Part shown: one piece after another, positions 10,959 through 21,473 of the stretch
How the letters are laid out: each line of letters begins with the position of its first letter
How positions within the stretch are numbered: the stretch's first letter is position 1
Source of the DNA: Polymyxa betae A26-41
Lineage: Eukaryota; Protista; Endomyxa: Phytomyxea
Direction of reading: 5' to 3'
Assembly (NCBI GenBank): GCA_003693705.1
Contig: RBZT01000623.1
Location: 1 to 64,000 of the forward strand
DNA length: 64,000 nucleotides
Program-made: the position numbers and the translations under genes
The notes under the pieces: model-generated
Databases searched by the model: none
Told to the model about the DNA's origin: nothing
The model's input: only the letters and a program-made list of their open reading frames with translations

Positions 10959-11605
10959 ATGGTGTCCTACAAGATTACGGCTCTAGGCGATGGAAATGTC
11001 GGCAAGACCTGCCTACTAATGAGTAAGATGTGATGTCAGATCACCCCAAATAGCTCTCAGATTATATCTGCATAGGCTATACGACCAATACATTCCCAGA
11101 AGATTACGCCCCGACCGTCTTCGATTCATACGAAACTGATATCGAAATTAAAGGAATGAAAGCACATCTCTCTCTAACAGATACTGGTTTGTATACAGCC
11201 GTGCTCTGCAATTTTATCTAATTGTTGCGATTAGCTGGGCAGGAAGATTTCGATAAATTACGGCCGTTATCGTATCACGGCACCGATTGCTTTGTTATCT
11301 GCTTCAGTGTCGCCAATCACATCTCGCTGACAAATATTAAACAGCGATGGCTGCCAGAGCTAAAGCAGCACAAGCAGAGCCAGGTCCCGTTTATATTAGT
11401 CGCCACCAAGATCGATTTACGAAACGAGAAACATCTGAAACTAATCAGCGAGGCTGAAGGCAGGGCGCTGGCCAAGGAGATCGGCGCCTATGGCTATATG
11501 GAATGTTCCGCCAAGACGCTGGCGGGATTACACGAGATCTTTGCCATGGCTGTCGAAGCTGCTCGCGCTCCCAGAACCAAATCGAAAACCTGTCATATCA
11601 TGTAA
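10959..11605 (+). CDS. Rho/Rac family small GTPase (3 exons)
   Basis: GDGNVGKT, YAPTVFDSY, DTAGQEDFDKLRPLSY, TKID, ECSAK and C-terminal CAAX CHIM. Confidence 0.93.
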
Positions 11606-11624
11606 ACATAAAAACAAAGCTCAA

Positions 11625-12127
11625 TGAATCCATCCGCCTCGAGATCAGTCTTGACGAGACATTCGCGACGAACGAAGTTCCGACGTCACGCGATTCGGGT
11701 CGCTGGACGACGCCGTGGATTTCCATGATTGGTTGGGCGGACTCGATTTTCGTCATAAGATTGTCGTTCAGGGTAACCACGAATTCAGTGCGGCCTGGAA
11801 GGCGGACGCCGCCCAGATCCTGCGCGTCTTCTGCGCCATGAACAGATCGACGATCTCCGCGTATTCGGCACCGACTGCTTCTGGTCGTGTACTGGACCGA
11901 ATCCGTATTACGGTTCCGACACCGATAGCGTGATCGCTCATAATCCTGCCAGAGGTCAACAGGACCTCGATCATGGCTGTCAATCGCTGCTGGAGCGGGT
12001 ACGACCGACTCGACCGCGATTAATTGTTAGCGGATCTGGATCGCTTCGTGGCACCGTTTTCGTCAACGCTGCCTGTGCTGACAATAAACATACCATAGCC
12101 GAAGATCCCGTCGTTCTCCATTTCTAA
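11625..12127 (+). pseudogene. Degenerate MPPED/239FB-like metallophosphoesterase fragment
   Basis: DFHDWLGGLDFRHKIVVQGNHEF and IAHNP..D..GCQSLLERV..RPRLIVSG..TVFVNAA..PVV lie in different frames. N-terminal DxH/GD motifs and GHxH are missing. Confidence 0.55.
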
Positions 12128-12451
12128 GGTCGTACTGCCCACCGTATACGAACGCGATGTATAAATACGGATACCGTACTGATAAAGAACGCTTGCTGGC
12201 CAAGCGATGCTGAAACCCTAATCCCTAACCCCTGATCATCACATATCGAAATTTGCAAAAAACGTCCTGATTCTTGCTTGGCAGCTGTCAAACGAGACCT
12301 CGAACCCATAAAGCCTTAATGCCGTTTTGCTCGAAATGCAGGACATGCACCGTACTGGCCCCATGATGGGCATTGTTACATCACGGAGTTCCGAGTTTGT
12401 CTCCGCCATAATCACCATCACAGCCATGCTGATTCGCTAAAGGGGGTTCAG

Positions 12452-13561
12452 ATGGACGATAACGCTCGGAACTGTGTGGCGCCCTGCCCTGAGTGTCTGG
12501 ACCCGGCCCTCGTCCAGTATGAAGAGCTGCAAGGCGGATTCGTCTGTATCGGCTGTGGCGCCGTCCTATCCCAGCACATGATCACCGAGCTGCCATCGAC
12601 CTGGAACGAATCCGACAAAGGCACGCAGGTCGGCGGCAGCTTCGTGAACGCCGAGACCGGCGCTGGACCATTCTTATCGCAGAGCGCACGTCATGGCTCT
12701 CGACGCATTTACAATCCGGTCTCCGACTATCAACGACGAAATCGCATTCATCGGCTGTGTCAGCAGCTCGGCCTGCCAGCCGACATCACCGATCAAGTCG
12801 TGAATCTCGCGGCGGCGTCTGAGCAGAAAGGATGGCCGGCTGAGGTCGCCTGCGTTTATACGATTTGTCGTGGTCGTGGTCGCGATATCACGTTTTCGGA
12901 TGTGTGCAAAGCGGCGTGTGTCTCACGACGGCTGGCCGGACGCTGCCTGAGGAGGCTTCATTCATCAGACGAGGAGAGTTGGAACCCTAATAGATTCGCG
13001 AAGAGGGCGTTGACTTTGTTGGAGTGCTCATTCGAGGATGAAAAGGCAGCGCTGGCGCTGCTGCAGTTTATGCGATCGTCGTTGTCGTCGAAGCAGCCAC
13101 ATTTAAGTGCTTATGCTGCTGTCGTTATTGTGGCATCGTCAAAGAGGACATTACCAGCGATCTCGGAGATCGCCGAGAAGCTGTCGGTTGGCGTTCGTTC
13201 GCTTCAAAATCGTATCATGCTCACCAAGAAGATGCTGTTGGTGATTGGAAAGATTCTTCCCCTCGGGATTGTAATGACAATCAGCAACGTGCATTTGTAT
13301 TTTCATCTCATCATTGAAAATCTGTCTCTATTATCGGATCTGCAAGAGACCAGGAATAATGTTGGCGAAGACGCCATGCTGAAGGAGTATCAGGACGTCA
13401 TCGCCAAGTTTGGTCCGAGAATAGAGCCTGAAGTAGCCAGGTCAGATAGCAGCTCGAGTGATCTGGAGTCAATGTCAGATGGTGAAGCCAGTATGTATAT
13501 TCGTTCGGAAAAGGAGACCCAAGATCAGCTCAGTCTGCAGAGAAGATTAAGCTGTAGATAG
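12452..13561 (+). CDS. TFIIB-related factor, BRF2-like (intronless)
   Basis: Zn ribbon CPEC..CIGCGAVL, two cyclin-like repeats, and C-terminal acidic SDLESMSDGEASMYIRSEKE resembling the BRF TBP-anchor; only 369 aa. Confidence 0.75.
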   Translation: MDDNARNCVAPCPECLDPALVQYEELQGGFVCIGCGAVLSQHMITELPSTWNESDKGTQVGGSFVNAETGAGPFLSQSARHGSRRIYNPVSDYQRRNRIHRLCQQLGLPADITDQVVNLAAASEQKGWPAEVACVYTICRGRGRDITFSDVCKAACVSRRLAGRCLRRLHSSDEESWNPNRFAKRALTLLECSFEDEKAALALLQFMRSSLSSKQPHLSAYAAVVIVASSKRTLPAISEIAEKLSVGVRSLQNRIMLTKKMLLVIGKILPLGIVMTISNVHLYFHLIIENLSLLSDLQETRNNVGEDAMLKEYQDVIAKFGPRIEPEVARSDSSSSDLESMSDGEASMYIRSEKETQDQLSLQRRLSCR

Positions 13562-13854
13562 CCCAACCCAACGCCAAATCATTTTTATTTAACTTGTCAC
13601 TGTAATATAAATTAAAACTAAATTATAGAATTTTACTGAATCTGAAGAAAAAAATAACGAAGTCAATATAAATGAGATTTGCATTAAGCAACCATCTACG
13701 CCTTCCAGACGTGATTCATTTGTGGCGAAAATGAATGACGGAAGATGATTCAACATCAGGAACATGTTCCCTGCAGAATGGCTTAATCGACTCAGTGTAA
13801 TCTTCTTCGAGAATCTAAGGTTTGGGTCCAAGGAACCTGCTCGGATCCAAGAAC

Positions 13855-14790
13855 ATGTCGGCGTTATTGCAAATGAGCCTAGATGGGAAACGATTCCATG
13901 GTCGATGGACGGAGTCGTTACAGCATTGCATCACCAAGAGCGAATTCGATTCGGAACTACGACGAATTAATTGTGAAGTCTCAAGGCACATGAACCGGAA
14001 GAGTTCAGCCGCCAATCTCGCATACGCTCTGCCGTTCATCTGCATCCCTTTTGGCATTCTGCTTATCGTGCTGTCGTTCCAACAAGAGAAATGGCCCTTT
14101 ATCGTTGCCGGTGTTGTTCTGAGTATGTCCGGATGCATTGGGGGCGTACTTTTCCGTTCAGTGCTTGGCCTGGTTCTGACGCTATGTGGTATCGTCTTGG
14201 CTATCATTCCATACGCAGATAAGACAGCCTGGGTGTGCATCTTCATCGGCACCATCTTAGCTATTGGAGGCTGTATTGGCTTGATGGCTATTGCTCTACG
14301 ACACAATCAAGTTCTCAGATCGTCGCGAATTCTTGTGGTTCTGTTACCAATCTCGATCGTGTTTTTCTGTGTCCCATTGGGAAATTTGGAATATCCAGCT
14401 GTGATGATCTGCACTGGTATAGTCCTCATCATCACTGGTATTCTGGGCGGTATCGACGCCGTCTCCAGACGCTCCAGGCAAATGGCCAAATGCATAGAAG
14501 ATCTCCGAATTGTAATCGATCAGTTGAACCAGCGCTATGCCAACCGTCTGATTTGGACATTGATTGAGCGTAACAACGAAACTAGAGGAAAGTTTGACAG
14601 GACTATGGAGATTTCAGTTGAGGTCGACCCCAAATGCCCAAACAACCAGAACGAAAACAAAGCGCGTAAAGGGCAGCAACAATATGCACAACCGCCGGTA
14701 ATCAACGTCATCGTAAACAATGGTGATGCAGGAGCCGGACATGTTGCAACGCCACGAAACGATGTCGCGGTAGACATGCCTCGAAACTGA
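13855..14790 (+). CDS. Multi-pass membrane protein with Erf4/Golgin-A7-like flanks
   Basis: Intronless ORF. LQHCITKSEFDSELRRIN precedes, and LRIVIDQLNQRY..W follows, six hydrophobic segments arranged as three similar hairpins. Confidence 0.6.
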   Translation: MSALLQMSLDGKRFHGRWTESLQHCITKSEFDSELRRINCEVSRHMNRKSSAANLAYALPFICIPFGILLIVLSFQQEKWPFIVAGVVLSMSGCIGGVLFRSVLGLVLTLCGIVLAIIPYADKTAWVCIFIGTILAIGGCIGLMAIALRHNQVLRSSRILVVLLPISIVFFCVPLGNLEYPAVMICTGIVLIITGILGGIDAVSRRSRQMAKCIEDLRIVIDQLNQRYANRLIWTLIERNNETRGKFDRTMEISVEVDPKCPNNQNENKARKGQQQYAQPPVINVIVNNGDAGAGHVATPRNDVAVDMPRN

Positions 14791-14835
14791 TCGCTAAACA
14801 CTGAATAAACTCGCAACGAGACCGCCATTTTCCGA

Positions 14836-15998
14836 TTACAATGATAATCCGAGATGTTTACCGATTAGTTCAGAGACATTGGCAGGAATCATTTCTGGAC
14901 TTTGCGCAATCAATATTGATCTCGTAGCAAACTTCACACCCGCAGCTTCCTCGTATTCACGCAGCGATCTTTCCTTCCCCAATCCATACTTCTTAATATC
15001 TCTCGTAACTTCTGGAAGATCATCGATAGTTACAGAAGTGCTTGGGCATCCAAGTATGGTTAGCAATCGAAATTTTGCAATAGCAGTGCGGCGTCCTCGC
15101 GCCGGCGTATTGGTAATCTCTCGAAATGTGGGTCGGTATGATCTGGACCATTTTGTCAGGAGCAGCGTTTTCAGCGGCACGAAGAAATCGTATCCGGAGG
15201 TGTAAAGACGAGCAGCCATTAACGACTCTTCACCAAAGAAGAGACCGAACAAAGATGGATCGTAAGGGCAATCCTGAACAATCGTGCCTTCACTGAAACT
15301 GAACCCAGCCGCCCAGAAATTATGCCTTATTGGTTCCGTGGCACAATCAGAGAGCGTTAAGGGCCTCCCAACAATACGCAGCAACCCATCAGTTTCGTTA
15401 AACTCGAGAGGCTCGAGACGAATAGGTCCTGGATTCTGGTTGAAAACAGCATCAGCTTGTCGTTGGCTTTGTTCACCAAGACCATTATATCCATGCGGAT
15501 AGCTTGAGATAATTGGTTTGGGAGAGATCCGTTTAGCAGCATTCCATTCGCTGATTAAGTCTTCGTCAAAATTTTCCCGAAACATAGTGTGTGAGTCGAT
15601 TTGGAGATAAAATCTTTCTCCACGATATAACTGATCTTGTATCAGATATCGAGCAAAACCTGGACCTCCAGCATCGGTATGCTTCAAGAAAATTTGCCTG
15701 ATTTGTCCATGAAACATCTCCTTAGGCATGTGTCCCGATAAATGCGGATCGTTTTCAGCATCATACTGCCAGCAGATTCCAAATACAATTCGATGCGGGT
15801 TCCTGGCAAACATTCAAAAACAAACGATGAATCCCAAAGTCAATTCAACTTCGCCCTATTCATCGCGCTCCTGACAGTCCATTGTGTCTCTAGAATTCAT
15901 TAAAATGAAATGAGACAAAGCAGAATCAGGGCGATAGATGGCGACCAACCGGAGTCGCGATAGCTTGCAATGGAAATAAAGATCTTGTCTGACGACAT
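14836..15998 (-). CDS. GT60 alpha-GlcNAc transferase (Gnt1 / Skp1-hydroxyproline GlcNAcT-like), 3 exons
   Basis: Spliced N-terminus MSSDKIFISIASYRDSE..AKNPHRIVFGICWQ; GPGFARY, YLQIDSHTMF, ISSYP, FWAAGFSF, PYDP..LFFGEE..ARLYTSGYD. No signal peptide. Confidence 0.88.
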
Positions 15999-16646
15999 TG
16001 AAATAACAATGACAATCAGAGGGCACGGTGACCTGCACTGCCTCACTGATCACGTTACAAACCAGGCCGCGCCCTCCCTGCAAATGATCGAGATGGCTCC
16101 ATCTAACGGAGGTGGCTGCGCTTCTAGGTTCAGAATCCAGATGATAAGTGATAGGTCGGCTGGAAGGCTGCATGACGGGACCTCAATCATCATAGAAAAG
16201 GATTGCGTTTGCCATATAAAGCTCTTCCTTTCGCTGATAGCCATATAAATCATAAATTCAACAGGTCCCAGCTTTTTGAGAATATCAACTTCAAAATTCA
16301 AGAAAGCCATAATAAAAGCTGCTTTCTTATCAAGTCATTCAAGATAGAGCGAAGAAAGTTATTTACCATTGCCGGGCAGCTGGACTTTTCAGTAGACGCT
16401 GCTGCTCTTCGCAAAACAAGAGATTCCAAGATGTCTAGCTAGCAGAGCTGCGAAGCACCAAGAGTTTCTCCCAATGATATTGATTCTGGATGCAGATGAA
16501 TTACTTAAAAGAAGAAGGCTGGCGATGGAATTAAATGGAGAGGCCGCATCACTGTCGTCGTAATTTTGCAGTGAAGAATCCCATAGAGATCAGATAAGCC
16601 ACGTTCATTTATATTATGCATACAATAGGGTGAAGTTGGGTTACTA

Positions 16647-18527
16647 TTACAATGACGCCGATAACAAATTGCCATCCTGCTCGCCAGCTGATTCGACAGC
16701 CTTGCGGCAGGGGTCACTTGACATCCTTGCAATCTCGGTGGCCGGGCAGGGCTCGGGAACTTTGACAACCAGATCAGCTGACCTGTCTGAAGGTATCCTG
16801 TATTGCTGCAAGATCTCGGCATTGGCATGAGTTGCAGCTTCAACGTTTAAGGCAAGAGTTCGGTTATCTTCGAGCTCCAAGCGAATAAACTTCCTCTTCT
16901 GTCTCCGAGCTTCTTCATAAAGCTCAACTAAATGGCGAAGATTCTGGATTGGGACGTCGTCGCATTTGTAAACCTGGAGATTGGACAGATCCGAATAACC
17001 GGCATTAACTTGATGAGCGAGAACCTGACTCAGAATGACAACCTGCTCATCGCGCTTCTTGATAACTGCATTCATAGCCAAATCGCAGAGACGACGTGGG
17101 CTTCGATTAAACCAATCCTCACCAAATTCATGAAGATACGGCTGAACTAACGGGCAGAAGACAAGGCCGGCGGCAATGAAATATTGTGGCGTCCTATCGT
17201 ATTGATGGACTGGGACTAAATGTGCTTCAGGCCACAGCGGCAGCTGCATCTTGATGATTTCGCCATGGCGAAGAACTTCTATATCGCAGAGCTCTTTCTC
17301 GAACTTCATCGAGATCAGGTAATCGAAAGAGATGCGCTCACGACCACGCCAAGCAATAGTCCCATCGCTAGCAATCGTGTGACCATCGAAAGAGATCAGC
17401 ACGTCGTTCTCCTTGATGAAGTCGGCGGCTGGAGACAAAGGTCGAACTTTGTTGACAAGGACGCCGACGCCCGGTGTTGGAATTCCGAAAAACTCACGCA
17501 AACTGCTGTTTTCGGTTGGCTTGGGCCAGTATCAGCGAAGCGACTTCGCGAGAGAAACTTCACTAACCTGGCAGGCAATACCCAGAGAGCAAAACCCCTG
17601 GGTAGTTGGCGAGCGTATTGACTGCTGAAGGAAATGCTGGATAACAGGGACAGGAATGATAAAGCCACAATTTTCTGATCCCAAATGCGTCTGAAATGCG
17701 ACTCCAGCCACCTAAAGCACTGAACATTTCTATCTGAATCTGATATCGAACTCGAGACCTTTCCATCCATCAAAGCCGGGCCGCCTGAGTTTCCAGGATT
17801 TATGGCAGCATCGATCTGAACGGCCAGCAACGACGACGCCCCATGGCAATACTACAATGATGCCTCAGAATCATTGCTGACTGATTTCATCGGTTGCACC
17901 TGTTGCGGCTCGACACGTGAGACGACTCCAGACGTGACACACAAATTATCACCACAGCTTGGCTGTGAGCTTATCTTAGCAATCCCGAATGCAATCGATC
18001 GAGATGGTTCTTACGTATCCGGCAACAACGATCTTGTCTTGCATCTTGGGAATGTCACCCAGCTCTAGTCCAGGAAGATCCTGCCAGAATTGCGGGTCGT
18101 CCACTTCCAGCAATGCAAGATCGCAATCGTGATTGACGAATTTCGCTCGAGCATTGTATTTCACAGGGCTCCCGTGCTTTCGAATCTGGATCCAGTTCTG
18201 ATCGGCAACGACCTGCGATTGCTTTAATGTCGAGTTCAATCACAAGAGACGATCATACATGAGCGTTTGTGAGAATTCGCCTGCCGTCAAGTACGAATCC
18301 GCTCCCGGTGGCTTCGCGTTGCGGTTTCTTTTGCCATGGAAGAATCTGAAACCCGATAACAGAATCAGTCCGAGCTTGAGGCACATTCCCGGCACCCGTA
18401 CGTAATTCGGCGACGAGTTCACAGAATATATTTTCAAGACTGAATCTAGAAACGCGTTGCTGGTCGATAGCCAGCGGGACGTGAGAGCTGGCGGCGCGCT
18501 CCTCATCACAAAACGTCGAAGCAGCAT
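16647..18527 (-). CDS. Deg/HtrA serine protease (plant Deg2/9/10-like, 2 PDZ), probably mitochondrial; about 7 exons
   Basis: Arg/Ser-rich presequence; [11 protein letters not shown]|[36 protein letters not shown]; PDZ-type C-terminus (LSQVLA..VNAGY). Confidence 0.92.
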
Positions 18528-18767
18528 TTTTTGTTGCAGCCGACCCTGCAAATCTGCCAAAGCGGCGACCCTCTCGAATTACGCACTCCGAAAATAGATT
18601 TGCTCAAAATCAAAAGTTTCGTAATCCATAGGAACCGCCGGCATCGGTTCAAACTTGTAATCGACTTCAACTTCGATTCTTTCTTATTGAAGATGACAGC
18701 TTAATGTTAGAATCCAATTGACTGACTTTATTGTAGGCGTAAGTTAGAGCTGTCGGTTTCGCTCGAA

Positions 18768-18983
18768 TCATTTCTGTAAAGCATCTTCAAGCATCTTTCT
18801 GCTGGCCGCCACCCTCTTAGCGGTTAATCTGGTTTCGAACTCATCTGAATCAACGTTGAAGCCTAGTCTTCCGAATGTCGGATGCTTCTTACAGAATCCG
18901 CTTCTGATCAGGAAATATTCTATACCGGCGCCTGCAATAAACGCTCCTGCGGCTATTCTCTTCAAAACTTGCTGGTACGTCAT
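18768..18983 (-). CDS. Small single-TM mitochondrial protein, SMIM4/UQCC5-like (2 exons)
   Basis: Spliced product MTYQQVLKRIAAGAFIAGAGIEYFLIRSGFYEFETRLTAKR.. matches the FxxGxxxExFxIxxGFY pattern. Confidence 0.65.
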   Translation of the reverse strand: MTYQQVLKRIAAGAFIAGAGIEYFLIRSGFCKKHPTFGRLGFNVDSDEFETRLTAKRVAASRKMLEDALQK

Positions 18984-19253
18984 AACGTCAACTTCAACCT
19001 TTGGCGACCACTCTGACGCCTTCCGAGGACGGATTTCTCGCAAAAACTAAAAACATTCCAAACACTCATCTTACATCTATAACAAAAACAGAAAGAAACA
19101 AAGATATACTTTTTGGGAAAATCTGCCACAGACAAGTGATTCTGCAATTCCAGCGTAAATCAGTACAATTATGACAGGTCGTTCCTTGGGTCGTAATCAG
19201 ATGATTGTCCATGGTGAGAGTAATCAGCTAGAAATGGAGCCAAGTAAGAAGAA

Positions 19254-19294
19254 TGTGTGTGTGAGAGAGGGAGAGAGAGAGAGAGATAGAGAGA
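19254..19294 (+). repeat. (GT)n(GA)n microsatellite
   Basis: tgtgtgtgtgagagagggagagagagagagatagagaga in the divergent promoter region upstream of LSM14. Confidence 0.75.
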
Positions 19295-19449
19295 CAAAAG
19301 ATAGATAAATGAACGAAGCAGAGGAGAACAGAGACGTCAAGTGAAACGTCGCTATCCGTGTTACAACTCCTGTGGCTCTCTTGTCCCAAACAAGTCTCAT
19401 TTTTATCTTGTCTTAGTTCCTGCTGTCGTCTTGGCCGACGTCGACGCCC

Positions 19450-21209
19450 ATGGCTGCCGTCCCCTATATCGGCTCCAAGATCAGCTTGATTTCCAAATCC
19501 GATCTAAGATATGAAGGGACACTGTTCACCATTGATCCTGCGAACTCGACGGTGTCGTTGTCGAATGGTTTAATCGCTATGCAGTATGTGGATGGGCTGC
19601 TGATTTATTCTCGTAGTTGTGTGCTTTGGTTCAGAAGACCGTCTTCCAGAAGTGACGCCAGGCTTAGATACTGTCTATCCGTTCCTTATATTCAAGGGCG
19701 CCGATATCAAAAATTTATATGTTATTGAAGATATTGACACAGCGGCCCAATCACAATCAGCGCCTCCAAATGATCCAGCTATTGTCGGCACGTCAGCACC
19801 AGCTCAATCGCCCAACGCCGCTGTTATTGCTGCTGCAAAGGCTAAGGTAAGAATGCCAGGTTCTAACTACAATTTACACTGTTCTAATAAGGATTGTTTT
19901 ACAGTCAGATGCTGAGAAAGCAGATAAGCTGTTAGCTAAGCAAATGTCGAAAACTTCAATCTCCGGCCATGTGGAGCCTCCGCCCTCCCATCCAGCTGGA
20001 TTCACCCCAAGGCAAATACCAGCTTCACAATTTGGATATGGCTATCAACCCCAAGGCATGTTTTATACTCCTCCTGGTCCTTATAATCCGGCATTCTCTG
20101 GAATGTATGCACCACCACCAATGCCCTATTATTCGAAAAACACTGCTCCAACAGATTTCAGGCAATCGCCTGCATCAAATGCGTCGCAAGCCGACTACAG
20201 ACAGCACTCGTCGGGTTTGCAATTTCCACCACCCCCGCCCTCGCAATCTCAGAGCCGCCCAGCTCAATCGCTTAATCGCAATCAGCCTACTTCAAGCGAA
20301 AGCGAATCTGCTTCTCGGCCAACGTCTCAGAGCCGCCCAGCTCAATCGCTTAATCGCAATCAGCCTACTTCAAACGAAAGCGAATTTGCTCTTCGGCCAA
20401 CGACTCAGAGCCGCCCAGCTCAATCGCTCAATCGCAATCAGCCTACTTCAAGCGAAAGCGAGTCTGCTCCTCGGCCAACGTCTTTGCAAGCTACCGCAAA
20501 AGCTACTACTGTTATGTCAGGTTATGATGGTTATTCTGGTCCCGGCACTGCACGATATCTAGAATCTCGACGTTTCAAGTCAGCTGTTGTTAAGGGCGCC
20601 AACTCGTCCCTCAAGATTGATGAATCAAGCATTGACACCGAATTTGACTTCCAATCATCGAACTCGCGATTCGATAAGGAGTCATATATTAGGGATCAAG
20701 CTAGTCCTCGTGATGATCAAGACTCTGTCAATCCAGAACCAGCCGACTCTGAAATTCCTTCTCCAAAAATTGTTAATCCGTTGTTGAGAAAGTATGACAA
20801 ATCATCCTCATTCTTCGATGATATTTCACTGGATCGCGACGAACGAGGACGCAGAGAGAACAGGCGCGGGCAGAATGAAGAGACGTTTGGTACGATTGCT
20901 GCTGGATACACCGCTTCCAATTATCGCCGGAACTTCAATCGAAATCGCAGAGGAAGACCGAGCAATCCATCTCGACGCAATAACGCTTCTGATGGCGTTG
21001 CTGCTGCACCACAAAGCCCGATTAGACGAACGGGTCAGCAGTCGCCAAGGTCAAGAGGCAGTCCAAGAAATGGCAGCAAAGGAAGACGTCGTGGAGGTCG
21101 TCGCGGTCAGTCAGGCACCCCTCCTGAACAGGAAAGCCGCCCACGTACCGGTAATGGCAAGCGCTTTACAAGACAGCCAGCCAGCGATAGCAATACTCCA
21201 TCAGTATGA
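19450..21209 (+). CDS. LSM14: LSM14/Scd6/DCP5 P-body protein (3 exons)
   Basis: [33 protein letters not shown] (LSm14 domain); [13 protein letters not shown] (FDF); [12 protein letters not shown] (FFD); NEETFG (TFG); Arg/Gly-rich tail. Confidence 0.93.
20247..20480 (+). repeat. Coding tandem repeat, 3 x 78 bp (26 aa)
   Basis: Units start at 20247, 20325 and 20403, encode [26 protein letters not shown], and are near-identical at DNA level. Confidence 0.95.
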
Positions 21210-21397
21210 GATATCTCTACTAAAATCTAAACACTTAGGACGTCAAATGATATCCAGCGTTCTATTAAGAAGTTGTTTATTATTGAAATTAACGAAGACA
21301 CTCAATGACTAACAAGGGGACCGCGAATCGTGCGCTTTTTTACCTGCCGACACTATTAGATCTTGTCATGATAAACAGGAGCAATAAGAATAAAAAA

Positions 21398-21473
21398 TGT
21401 GTCAGATATTAGGGAGCATTTGACATCAATAACAATCAGTTGAAAGATGGTGATTATGCAAATCATCACAAAA
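21398..21473 (-). ncRNA. Box C/D snoRNA, U51/U32/snR39-like (LSU Am guide)
   Basis: Minus strand: box C GTGATGA (21469-21463), guide AATCACCATCTTTC-AA then D' CTGA, C'-like TTGATGT, D CTGA (21405-21402). The guide is complementary to conserved LSU GAAAGAUGGUGA. Starts 32 nt after a CAG|GTATGT donor, behind a U-tract. Confidence 0.85.

Noticed and set aside
16020-16500. Possible small gene between GT60 and the Deg protease
   Set aside because: Short ORFs on both strands with no motif and no convincing splice model; unresolved.
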